Source: a virus
Taxonomy: Duplodnaviria; Caudoviricetes
Length of the DNA stretch: 43,506 nucleotides
Virus record (IMG/VR): IMGVR_UViG_3300029818_000079
Span: 1-43,506 of that record
Strand: one strand, 5' to 3'
Below the pieces are notes generated by a model. It saw only the letters and a list, made by a program, of their open reading frames with translations. It searched no databases and was not told the origin of the DNA. The translations under genes were made by a program, and so were the position numbers. This document shows, in pieces, positions 24,766 through 33,465 of this stretch (the stretch's first letter is position 1; each line of letters opens with the position of its first letter).

Positions 24766-26468
24766 TGGCATCAAAACCGAAATATCCGCTGATGAAGCAG
24801 GCGGAGGATTACGCGCGGTCGGTTGTCGCCGGCAAGATCCTGGCCTGCCGTTGGATCAAGCTGCTCTGCCAGAAGCATCTGGACGATCTTGAGCGGCAAT
24901 CTGAAGACGTCTATCCGTACAAATTCGAGCCAGCAAAGGCTGAGAAGGTCGCAAAATTCCTGCAGCTGTTGCCCCATACAAAGGGCAAATGGGCAGGCAA
25001 GCGCGAACTGATCAAGCTGGAGCCGTGGCAGCTGTTCTCTGTCTGCGTCCCGTTCGGATGGTTGCGCAAGAAGGATGGCACGCGGCGCTACCGAACCCTG
25101 CTGGTCTTTGTGCCGCGCAAGAACGGCAAGAGCATCATCGGCGGCGGCCTTGGCGTCTACATGTTCACCGCGGACGGAGAGTTCGGCGCCGAAGTCTATT
25201 CCGGTGCCACTACTGAGAAGCAGGCCTGGGAGGTTTTCCGCCCGGCCAAGCAAATGATCGAGCGAACGCCAGAGCTGCGCGAGCACTTCGGTGTAGAGGT
25301 GAACGCCTCCAACATGGCGCGCCTAGAAGATGGCAGCCGCTTCGAGCCCGTAATCGGCAAGCCTGGTGACGGATCTTCGCCTTCCTGCGCCATTGTTGAC
25401 GAATACCACGAACATCAAGATTCGACCCTGTTTGACACCATGGAAACCGGCATGGGCGCACGCGAGCAGCCTGTGATGCTGGTTATCACAACTGCCGGCT
25501 CAAGCATTGGCGGCCCATGTCATCAGCTAGTGCGTGACTCCGAGCGGATGCTGGAAGGAGTTATTGACCGGCCCGACCTATGGCCGGCGCTGTTCACTAT
25601 CGATCAAGGCGATGACTGGACAAGCGAAGAGGCGCTGCGCAAGGCAAACCCGAACTTCGGCATATCCATCAGCGAGGATTTCTTGCTGGCTCGCCAGCGT
25701 GACGCCATGCAGTCCGCAACACGGCAGGCGACGTTCCGCACCAAGCACTTGAACGAGTGGGTAGGCGCAAAGAACGCCTGGCTCAACATGCTGCGCTGGA
25801 AAGAAGCTCCGGCTCGCAAAAGTCTGCAGGAACTAGAGGGGCGACCTTGCTACATCGGTCTCGACCTCGCTAGCAAGATCGATATTGCCGGGAATCTTCT
25901 GGTGTTCCCGCCAGTCGATGGCGATCCGCAGTGGCACGTTCACGGGCGTTACTACTTGCCAGAGGCGCGAGTAATCGAAGAGCTAGACAGCAACACGGCT
26001 CGCTACCGGGAGTTTGACGCACTTGGCCTGCTGACGCTTACCGATGGCGAGGTAATCGAGTTCGAAGTCATCAAAGAAGACCTGCGCGAGTTTGCGGGGC
26101 GCTTCGATGTTCAGGCTGTCGCATACGACCCTTGGCAGGCGACCCAACTGGCTCAGGAGATGGAGCTTGAGGGGCTTCCGATGGTTGAGGTGCGCCAGAC
26201 CGTACAGAACATTAGCGAGCCGATGAAGGAAGTAGAGGCTCTGGTTCTGCAGCGAAAGCTGGCTCATGGAGACTGCCCAGTCCTCACATGGATGGCATCC
26301 AACGTGGTCGCAAAGCTCGACGTAAAGGACAACATCTATCCGAACAAAGAGCGCCCGGAAAACAAGATCGACGGCATGGTTGGCTTAATCATGGCTGTTA
26401 GTCGCGCGATTGCTCAAGGGCCGCAAACAAACGTTAACGACTTCTTAGACAACCTGGTGATCGCCTAA
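24765..26468 (+). CDS. terL: Terminase large subunit (HK97/D3 type)
   Basis: VPRKNGKS, IVDEYH, GLDLAS, KIDG. Confidence 0.95.
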   Translation: MASKPKYPLMKQAEDYARSVVAGKILACRWIKLLCQKHLDDLERQSEDVYPYKFEPAKAEKVAKFLQLLPHTKGKWAGKRELIKLEPWQLFSVCVPFGWLRKKDGTRRYRTLLVFVPRKNGKSIIGGGLGVYMFTADGEFGAEVYSGATTEKQAWEVFRPAKQMIERTPELREHFGVEVNASNMARLEDGSRFEPVIGKPGDGSSPSCAIVDEYHEHQDSTLFDTMETGMGAREQPVMLVITTAGSSIGGPCHQLVRDSERMLEGVIDRPDLWPALFTIDQGDDWTSEEALRKANPNFGISISEDFLLARQRDAMQSATRQATFRTKHLNEWVGAKNAWLNMLRWKEAPARKSLQELEGRPCYIGLDLASKIDIAGNLLVFPPVDGDPQWHVHGRYYLPEARVIEELDSNTARYREFDALGLLTLTDGEVIEFEVIKEDLREFAGRFDVQAVAYDPWQATQLAQEMELEGLPMVEVRQTVQNISEPMKEVEALVLQRKLAHGDCPVLTWMASNVVAKLDVKDNIYPNKERPENKIDGMVGLIMAVSRAIAQGPQTNVNDFLDNLVIA

Positions 26469-27697
26469 TGGCAACCCTCAATGACCCCGGATTCTGGCAG
26501 CGGTTCTGGAGCCGACTCTCCGGACGCGCGCGTCTGGAAGATGGTGAGCGGGCACTGCCTTTCGATTCACACACAACTCCGTCCGGCTCAACGGTCGGGC
26601 CTGACTCCTCGCTGAAGCTTTCGGCTGTGTGGGCCTGCGTGCGGCTTCGGTCGCAGACTATCGCCTCGCTGCCTTTGCATCTGCGCGCCGAGGACAAGTC
26701 GTTAGCCAAGCAGCATCCGCTGTATCGTCTACTCCACTCTTCGCCAAACGCAGACATGACTGCCAGCGAGTTCTGGGAGGCACAACTTGCCTCACTGGAC
26801 CTGTGGGGCAACTCGTTCGTGCTGATCGAGTGGGACGGCCGCAGGGTAGTGTCACTGACTCCGCTGAACCCCGAAAAGGTTGTCGTCGTTCGCAGCAACT
26901 CGGGCGAACTGACCTACGAGTACACCAGAGGCGGCAAAGTCACGGTCTACCGCGAGTCCGAGATCCTGCACCTGAAGGGATTCACACTCGACGGCATCAT
27001 GGGGCTGTCGCCAATCCAGTTCGCCGCCGAGACGATGGGCGGGCTGATGGATGCGAACCGCGCCGCAGCCAGGGAGTTCCAGAACGGGCTGAAAGTGGGC
27101 GGGTTCCTGAAGACTGGCGCAACCACGCTGCAGAAAGACCAGCGCGACAGGCTGCGAGACTCGCTTTCTCAGTTCGGAAGGCCTGAAAACGCCGGCAAAT
27201 GGATGGTCCTGGAGGCAGGAATGGAGCCTGCAAGCGCGCAAGGTATTCGGATGAACCCTGCCGACGCGCAGCTTCTTGAGTCTCGCTACTTCGGGATTGA
27301 GGAGATTTGCCGGGCTTTTGGGGTCCCGCCGCAACTTATCGGGCATACCGACAAGGCGTCGAGCTGGGCGTCCAGCCTCGAAAACACAAACCTCGGCTTT
27401 CTGACCTACTCACTGCGCCCGGTGCTGGTGCGGATCGAACAGGCCATTACGAAAAAGCTGCTGCTACCGGAAGAGCGCGACCAGTATCGACCGAAGTTCG
27501 CGGTGGAGGGCTTGCTGCGTGCTGACTCGGCCGCACGGTCATCTTTCTACTCGCAAATGCTCCAGAACGGAGTGATGAGCCGCAACGATGTTCGTGCGCT
27601 GGAAGATCTGCCGCCAGTCGAGGGTGGTGACGCTCTGACCGTTCAACTGAACCTGACCACTATCGACAAGATCGGCGCTCCGGAGGAGAACTCATGA
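26468..27697 (+). CDS. HK97-family portal protein
   Basis: AVWACV..IASLP, GLSP, EICRAFGVPP. Confidence 0.95.
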   Translation: MATLNDPGFWQRFWSRLSGRARLEDGERALPFDSHTTPSGSTVGPDSSLKLSAVWACVRLRSQTIASLPLHLRAEDKSLAKQHPLYRLLHSSPNADMTASEFWEAQLASLDLWGNSFVLIEWDGRRVVSLTPLNPEKVVVVRSNSGELTYEYTRGGKVTVYRESEILHLKGFTLDGIMGLSPIQFAAETMGGLMDANRAAAREFQNGLKVGGFLKTGATTLQKDQRDRLRDSLSQFGRPENAGKWMVLEAGMEPASAQGIRMNPADAQLLESRYFGIEEICRAFGVPPQLIGHTDKASSWASSLENTNLGFLTYSLRPVLVRIEQAITKKLLLPEERDQYRPKFAVEGLLRADSAARSSFYSQMLQNGVMSRNDVRALEDLPPVEGGDALTVQLNLTTIDKIGAPEENS

Positions 27698-28356
27698 ACC
27701 ACAAAACTCTGGACGTATCGTTCGAGATCAAGGCTGTCAGCGATGACGGCCTTTTTTCTGGATACGGTTCCGTCTTCGGCAACGTCGACAGTGGCGGCGA
27801 TATCGTCCATCGCGGCGCTTTCGCCAAATCGATTCAGGAGTGGGAAGGCCGCAAGCGTATGCCGCCCGTACTCTGGAATCACGACCGGAACGAGCCCATC
27901 GGCGTATATACCGCGATCCGTGAGGACGAAAAAGGCCTTTACGTCGAAGGCCGTCTGCTGGTCAACGAGGTGCAGCGCGCTCGTGAGATCCATGCGCTGA
28001 TGAAAGCCGGCGCCCTAGACGGCATGTCCATCGGTTACGGCGTGCGTGGCGCTGATCGTGACAAATCGACCGGCGTTCGCAACCTGAAGGAGCTGCGCCT
28101 GTTCGAGGTCAGCATCGTCACCTTCCCGATGAATGAGGCGGCAACCATCGATGCGGTGAAGTCCGCTCTCGAGGATGGGTCGCTGCCCGCTCTGCCCGAA
28201 TTTGAGAAGTTCCTGCGCGAGGCAGGCTTTTCGAAAACCCAGGCCACCGCTATCGCGAGCGGCGGACTGGCAAAGTTGCTCCGGAGTGAGTCCGGCGACA
28301 CCGAAGCGAGCAAAACGCTAAGCGATGCGCTGGCGATTCTTACCAAATCAGCATAG
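27694..28356 (+). CDS. HK97-family prohead protease
   Basis: GYGSVF, LWNH, GMSIGY, EVSIVTFPMN. Confidence 0.93.
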   Translation: MNHKTLDVSFEIKAVSDDGLFSGYGSVFGNVDSGGDIVHRGAFAKSIQEWEGRKRMPPVLWNHDRNEPIGVYTAIREDEKGLYVEGRLLVNEVQRAREIHALMKAGALDGMSIGYGVRGADRDKSTGVRNLKELRLFEVSIVTFPMNEAATIDAVKSALEDGSLPALPEFEKFLREAGFSKTQATAIASGGLAKLLRSESGDTEASKTLSDALAILTKSA

Positions 28357-28368
28357 GGATTCACTCAA

Positions 28369-29568
28369 ATGTCCGAAGAAAACCAACTGGTCCAGCTGAC
28401 CACTGAGTTCAAGAAAGCAACCGATGAAGTCAAAAAGCTCGGTGAAGACATCACCGGCAAGATGGCCCACGGCGAAAAAATCACTGCCGACCTGAAAGAG
28501 CAGGCTGACAACGCCCTGACTCTGATGAACGGCTTCAAGGCACGCGTCGATGATCTGGAGCAGAAGCTGGCGCGCCGCGGCGAAGAGCGCGAGCATCAGC
28601 AGCACAAGACCTTCGGCGAGCAGTTCGTGGAGTCGCAAAACTTCAAGAGCCTGTCCGAATCGAACTCGCAGCGCGGCCGGGCCGATATGCAGTTTAAGGC
28701 GACCATCACCCTGGCAACTACCGACGCCGCTGGCTCCGCTGGCGATCTGGTACAGAACACCCGTCTGCCTGGCATGATCATGCAGCCAGAGCGCCGCATG
28801 ACTGTCCGCGACCTGATCACTCCCGGTCGCATGGATGGCAATGTTCTTGAGTACGTGCAGGAAACCGGCTTTACCAACAACGCTGGCATGGTCGCTGAGG
28901 CCGGCCTGAAGCCTCAGTCGGACATTCAGTTCGAGCTGAAGAACACCAGCGCGAAGGTCATTGCGCATTGGGTTAAGGCCTCGCGTCAGATCATGTCCGA
29001 CGCGCCAATGCTGGCCAGCTACATCGACGGCAAGCTGCGCTACGGCCTGGCTTACAAGGAAGAGCAGCAGCTGCTCAACGGTGACGGTACTGGGCAAAAC
29101 CTGCTCGGCATCATCCCGCAGGCTACCGCCTACAGCGCACCGCTGACCGTTACAGGCGCAACCACAATCGACACGCTGCGCCTTGCGATGCTGCAGGCGG
29201 TGCTGGCTGAGTTCCCGGCTACCGGCCACGTGCTTAACCCCATCGACTGGGCCGGCATCGAGCTGACCAAGGATGCGGAAGGCCGCTACATCATCGGACA
29301 GCCGCAAGGCGTGGCTTCCCCGACCATGTGGGGTCTGCCGGTCGTTGCTACCCAGGCAATCGTCGCTGGCAAGTTCCTGACCGGCGCGTTCAAGCTCGGC
29401 GCCCAGCTGTTCGACCGCTGGCAGTCCCGTGTAGAGGTGGCCACCGAGAACGAAGACGATTTCGTTAAGAACCTCGTGACCATCTTGGCGGAAGAGCGCC
29501 TTGCTCTGGCGGTTTACCGTCCAGAGGCTTTCATTTACGGCGACATTGCCCCGGTAGTGACTCCGTAA
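28369..29568 (+). CDS. HK97-fold major capsid protein
   Basis: Coiled-coil delta domain; LNGDG, ILAEERL..RPEAF. Confidence 0.95.
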   Translation: MSEENQLVQLTTEFKKATDEVKKLGEDITGKMAHGEKITADLKEQADNALTLMNGFKARVDDLEQKLARRGEEREHQQHKTFGEQFVESQNFKSLSESNSQRGRADMQFKATITLATTDAAGSAGDLVQNTRLPGMIMQPERRMTVRDLITPGRMDGNVLEYVQETGFTNNAGMVAEAGLKPQSDIQFELKNTSAKVIAHWVKASRQIMSDAPMLASYIDGKLRYGLAYKEEQQLLNGDGTGQNLLGIIPQATAYSAPLTVTGATTIDTLRLAMLQAVLAEFPATGHVLNPIDWAGIELTKDAEGRYIIGQPQGVASPTMWGLPVVATQAIVAGKFLTGAFKLGAQLFDRWQSRVEVATENEDDFVKNLVTILAEERLALAVYRPEAFIYGDIAPVVTP

Positions 29569-29575
29569 CTCAGAC

Positions 29576-29600
29576 GGGGCCGGCTTCGGCTGGCCCCTCT
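29576..29600 (+). terminator. Hairpin after capsid gene
   Basis: GGGGCCGGC-TTCG-GCTGGCCCC; weak U tract. Confidence 0.5.
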
Positions 29601-29612
29601 TGGAGGTGAGAG

Positions 29613-29822
29613 ATGGCAAAAGTTACATATGACGTGAAGCGGGAGCACTACGGCGATAAAGCGTATGTGACCGGCGACACGCGAGAGCTTGACCCAAACG
29701 AGGCAAAGCGCCTCATCGCATTGGGCGTATTGGCAGAGCAGAAGCCAGCCAAGGCGCCAGAAAGCAAGGCGGCTAAGGCCTCCTCGAACAAGGCCATGAA
29801 GGCCGCACCCGAGAACAAGTAA
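29613..29822 (+). CDS. Small head-region protein
   Basis: GGAGG RBS; K/A-rich tail APENK. Confidence 0.75.
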   Translation: MAKVTYDVKREHYGDKAYVTGDTRELDPNEAKRLIALGVLAEQKPAKAPESKAAKASSNKAMKAAPENK

Positions 29823-30317
29823 ATGCTGATTACCGTCACCCCTGCAACGGTCGAGCCGGTCACGCTGGAAGAGGCCAAGGCCCATTTGCGCGTCGATCAC
29901 GATGCGGATGACGGCCTGATCAGTTCGCTTATCACCGCGGCACGCGAAGCTGTAGAACGTTTCACTGGGCGCGCGCTTGCCGCTGCGACTTACCGATGGG
30001 CCTCTGAGGATTGCGGCCCGTACTTGCTGCCGATCTGGCCGGCAACGGTGACCCTTGTTTCATCGGTTGTTAACGGTTCGCGCGTAGACGCAGATTCATT
30101 TGACTACGACGCCGACAGATCGCTCGTTTCAGGCGACTTCGGAGCCGCTGTGCGTGTCGAGTTCACCACCGATCCAGGCCATGTGCCTGAATCGCTCAAG
30201 GCTGCGATCAAGCTCCGAGTCGAAGCGATGTATGACGCATCTCCAGACGAAAAGGAGACGCTAACCAAGGCAGCCGACGTAGTGGCACAACATTTCCGGA
30301 TGAACATGGGCGTATGA
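29823..30317 (+). CDS. Head-tail connector (gp6-like)
   Basis: EPVTLEEAKAHLRVD..LITAARE. Confidence 0.88.
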   Translation: MLITVTPATVEPVTLEEAKAHLRVDHDADDGLISSLITAAREAVERFTGRALAAATYRWASEDCGPYLLPIWPATVTLVSSVVNGSRVDADSFDYDADRSLVSGDFGAAVRVEFTTDPGHVPESLKAAIKLRVEAMYDASPDEKETLTKAADVVAQHFRMNMGV

Positions 30318-30655
30318 AGACACTCTCGTATCGACTTCGCCACCGGATTAGCTTCGAGCGGCCCGGCTTGACGCAAGATCCGGTCAGTGGTGAGATGGTT
30401 CCTGGCTGGCAGGTTTTCGCAGAGAACGTGCCGGCCTCAATCGAACCCCTTTCAGCCCGCGATTTCATCGCCGCCCAGGCGAATCAGTCGGAAATCACGG
30501 CGCGAATCGTCATCCGTTACCGGCCCGGCATCCTCCCGACGATGCGGATTCTGCACCGCGGCAAGGTGTACGCCATCCAGGGCGCGCTGCCGGATGCCGA
30601 TTCCGGCCTTGAATACATCACTTTGCCGGTGTCGGAGGGCGTGAAAGATGGCTGA
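30314..30655 (+). CDS. Head closure protein
   Basis: LRHRISF..IVIRYRPGI..MRI. Confidence 0.88.
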   Translation: MKTLSYRLRHRISFERPGLTQDPVSGEMVPGWQVFAENVPASIEPLSARDFIAAQANQSEITARIVIRYRPGILPTMRILHRGKVYAIQGALPDADSGLEYITLPVSEGVKDG

Positions 30656-31133
30656 CTCTCTCGAATTCAGCCTAACGGGCCTCGATTCGCTGCTCGGCAA
30701 GCTGGAATCGGTGAGTCATGACGTCAAGCGCAAGGGCGGCAGGTCGGCATTGCGCAAGGCGGCGCAGATCGTGGCGGAGAAGGCCAAAGAAGGCGCGCGA
30801 CGTGTCGATGACTCGAAGACCGGGCGCAGCATCGCGGATAACGTTGCGATTCGCTGGAATGGTCGGCTATTTAAGCGCTCTGGCGACCTCGGGTTTCGAG
30901 TTGGCATCCTGCATGGCGCCGTGCTGAAGAATGGCGGTGACCTTTCGGCCAATTCTCCGACCCCGCACTGGCGTTTGCTTGAGTTCGGGACTGAGAAAAT
31001 GCGTGCCCAGCCATTCATGCGTAGCGCCCTGGCCGACAATATCAGCGCCGTAACGAACGAATTTGTCAGCCAGTACGAGCGTGCAATCGATCGCGCAATT
31101 AAGCGGGCGCAGAAAAAGGCCGCCGCAGGATAG
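30648..31133 (+). CDS. HK97 gp10-family tail component
   Basis: WRLLEFGTEKMRAQPFMRSAL. Confidence 0.88.
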   Translation: MADSLEFSLTGLDSLLGKLESVSHDVKRKGGRSALRKAAQIVAEKAKEGARRVDDSKTGRSIADNVAIRWNGRLFKRSGDLGFRVGILHGAVLKNGGDLSANSPTPHWRLLEFGTEKMRAQPFMRSALADNISAVTNEFVSQYERAIDRAIKRAQKKAAAG

Positions 31134-31212
31134 TTCTAGCTTTACTGTTCAAGCGTGGACTGTTCGCTGTAAGGGCGTAGAATCGGCGTATGAAGCCAGC
31201 CCGGAGCGATCC

Positions 31213-31431
31213 ATGACTATTGCGAAGACCATCAGCGAATACCGCGACACCAAGCAGGCAATGCAGGCGATCATTGATCGCCACATGCAGGCCGCTTTCG
31301 CCGAGATCAAGCAGGAGTTCGGCGATACCCCTACGAGCGTGTACGTGAACATCGTAGAGCAGCAGGATATGAGCCAGGCGTACCCGTCAGGCGTCTATAA
31401 CGGCTGCGAAGTCAGGCTGGGCGGCGAATAG
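31213..31431 (+). CDS. Moron-like hypothetical protein (72 aa)
   Basis: TGGACT-16-TAGAAT promoter (31156-83), GGAG RBS, terminator at 31451-75. Confidence 0.7.
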   Translation: MTIAKTISEYRDTKQAMQAIIDRHMQAAFAEIKQEFGDTPTSVYVNIVEQQDMSQAYPSGVYNGCEVRLGGE

Positions 31432-31450
31432 GCCGCGAACGATTAACCGA

Positions 31451-31476
31451 AGCCCGCCTAGTGCGGGTTTCTTTTT
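31451..31476 (+). terminator. Intrinsic terminator
   Basis: AGCCCGC..GCGGGTT + T-rich tail. Confidence 0.7.
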
Positions 31477-31489
31477 GCCCGGAGTTCGT

Positions 31490-31882
31490 ATGTTCCCGCC
31501 AATCTTCCAAGTCGCGGCCTCCGATGCTGGGGTGCAGTCCACCCTGTGGTGGGAAAATGCACCGCAATCACTTGGCGGCCCGCAGCTAAAGCTGTACCCG
31601 TTTGGTGAAGCGCCAGAAGGTGTCGAACTCCCATATGCCGTCTGGCAGCTGGTCAGCGGCTCGCCAGAGAATTACCTGGCTGGACGCCCTGACATGGACG
31701 GCTTCACGCTTCAAATCGACGTATACGCAGCCACAGCCGCATCTGTCCGCGCTGTAGGCGAAGCGCTGCGCGACGCCATTGAACTGCGAGCCCATATCAC
31801 CCGATGGGGCGGTGAATCCAAGGACAAAGAAACAGGCCGTTACCGGCTTTCATTCGACGTGGACTGGCTAACACCCAGGTAA
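31490..31882 (+). CDS. Tail terminator/completion protein (DUF3168-like)
   Basis: YPFGEAP..PYAVWQ..QIDVYA. Confidence 0.85.
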   Translation: MFPPIFQVAASDAGVQSTLWWENAPQSLGGPQLKLYPFGEAPEGVELPYAVWQLVSGSPENYLAGRPDMDGFTLQIDVYAATAASVRAVGEALRDAIELRAHITRWGGESKDKETGRYRLSFDVDWLTPR

Positions 31883-31898
31883 CCGAATCAACCCCGAC

Positions 31899-31926
31899 AG
31901 CCCGCCTCTGAGCGGGTTTTTTTATT
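31899..31926 (+). terminator. Intrinsic terminator
   Basis: AGCCCGC..GCGGGTT + T run. Confidence 0.7.
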
Positions 31927-31954
31927 GCCCAAAAGACCCCGACGAGGAACACAA

Positions 31955-32422
31955 ATGAGCATTCTTTCCCAAGGCACGCAGGTTTACTTCAAAGACCCGG
32001 AGGACGGCACTATCGTTGCGGTCGAGTGCGTAACTGCATTCAACCCGGGCGGCGCGCCGGCTGATCAGATTGAGGACACCTGTCTCGAATCCAATGTGCG
32101 GACCTACAAGCGCGGGCTGCGCACGCCTGGCCAGGCATCGCTGACCATCAACGCCGACCCGCGCAACGCCTCGCACATTCGTCTCCACGAGCTGAGCGAA
32201 GACGACACCATTGAAACCATCGACTGGTACGTCGGCTGGTCCGATGGCACCGATGCGCCGACTGTAGTTGCTGACGAAGTGACCCTGCCGACGACTCGCA
32301 CTTGGTTCACCTTCCAGGGCTACGTCAGCGACTTCCCGATGGACTTCGCCTCGAACTCGGTTGTCACTACTGCCGCCACCATTCAGCGCAGCGGTGGCTC
32401 GGCCTGGATCAAGAAAGTATGA
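31955..32422 (+). CDS. Major tail tube protein
   Basis: [27 protein letters not shown]. Confidence 0.88.
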   Translation: MSILSQGTQVYFKDPEDGTIVAVECVTAFNPGGAPADQIEDTCLESNVRTYKRGLRTPGQASLTINADPRNASHIRLHELSEDDTIETIDWYVGWSDGTDAPTVVADEVTLPTTRTWFTFQGYVSDFPMDFASNSVVTTAATIQRSGGSAWIKKV

Positions 32423-32760
32423 AGCTGAGCATTGAGTCGCTGAAGAAGGTCGGCGCGTTCTCCGGCGATCTCGTGAAACGCACCGTAAGCTGGAGCCAGA
32501 ACGGTGAAGATTTCGAGGCCGAAGTGTTTGTTCGGCCGCTGTCCTACAGGGCCGTCGAAGACGTGAAGGCAGGTGAGGCCACCAGCGCCAAGCGCATCGC
32601 CGATCACATTCGCAACGAGGACGGATCCGCCGTCTTCACTGTCGAGGACATCACCGGGGAGGCAGATCCGGAGCGCGGCCCGCTTGGGTTGTCGCTGTCC
32701 AGCGCCCTGATGATGGCCATCAACGAAGTGACCTTCGGCGGAAAAAAGAAGAAGAGCTGA
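32419..32760 (+). CDS. Tail assembly chaperone (G)
   Basis: Between tube and tape measure; ends at slippery site. Confidence 0.85.
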   Translation: MKLSIESLKKVGAFSGDLVKRTVSWSQNGEDFEAEVFVRPLSYRAVEDVKAGEATSAKRIADHIRNEDGSAVFTVEDITGEADPERGPLGLSLSSALMMAINEVTFGGKKKKS

Positions 32761-33056
32761 CCGCCGAAGAAGAGGTTTGGCACGAACTGGTCCTGTCCGG
32801 AGTAGGCGGCAGGACCATTGCCGAAGCTCGGGAGCGGATCAGCTATCCGGAATTCCTGTCCTGGCTGAAATACCGGGCAAAGCGCGGATCGCTGAATGTA
32901 GGCATGAGGGTGGAGCGCGGAACGGCTCTGCTGGCATCGCTGTACGTCAACGCGCATCGCGGGAAGGATACGCAGCCGGCGCAGATATGGGACTTTGCCC
33001 CGAATCACGATCAGCCCGTCGTTTCGCTGGACGAGGCGATGGAGCGGTGGTCTTAA
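32742..33056 (+). CDS. Tail assembly chaperone T segment, reached by -1 frameshift (G-T fusion 32419-33056)
   Basis: A AAA AAG at 32742-48; -1 frame open: [31 protein letters not shown]. Confidence 0.85.
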   Translation, partial: KKEEELTAEEEVWHELVLSGVGGRTIAEARERISYPEFLSWLKYRAKRGSLNVGMRVERGTALLASLYVNAHRGKDTQPAQIWDFAPNHDQPVVSLDEAMERWS

Positions 33057-33092
33057 TCCATGCTAGATTCGCGGCTTTTACGGAGGTTTCCC

Positions 33093-33407
33093 ATGAAAGG
33101 AATCGTAATTGCCGCCCTGTTAGCCGTGTTGGTCTCAGGCTGCGTCAGTGGTAAGCGCTTTACCAGTCAACAGGTGCAGCAAATTGAGGTTGGCACAACA
33201 ACCGAGAAGGATCTGCTGAACATCTTTGGCGCCCCTATGGCCTTCAATATGCAGTCTGACGGCAGCAAAACTTTGATCTGGACTTGGTCGTATGCATCTT
33301 TTGGCGGCGTTCGGTCTGGGTCAAAGATGCTGAGCGTTACGCTGGACCCTGATGGGAAGACAAAGGACTACGGCGTATCAAGCTATACATCGCCAGGCTT
33401 CAGATAA
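33093..33407 (+). CDS. Moron lipoprotein (SmpA/OmlA/BamE-like domain)
   Basis: Lipobox LVSG-C; IEVGTTTEKDLLNIFGAP..W.W.Y. Confidence 0.8.
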   Translation: MKGIVIAALLAVLVSGCVSGKRFTSQQVQQIEVGTTTEKDLLNIFGAPMAFNMQSDGSKTLIWTWSYASFGGVRSGSKMLSVTLDPDGKTKDYGVSSYTSPGFR

Positions 33408-33425
33408 GCCAGGCCAGTACCAGAC

Positions 33426-33450
33426 AACCCGCTTCGGCGGGTTTTTTATT
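33426..33450 (+). terminator. Intrinsic terminator
   Basis: AACCCGC-TTCG-GCGGGTT + T run. Confidence 0.85.
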
Positions 33451-33465
33451 GCCCGGAGAAAATGA

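Noticed and set aside
32777-33154. 125-aa ORF after tail chaperone
   Set aside because: Wrong frame; the region is explained by the -1 frameshift T segment
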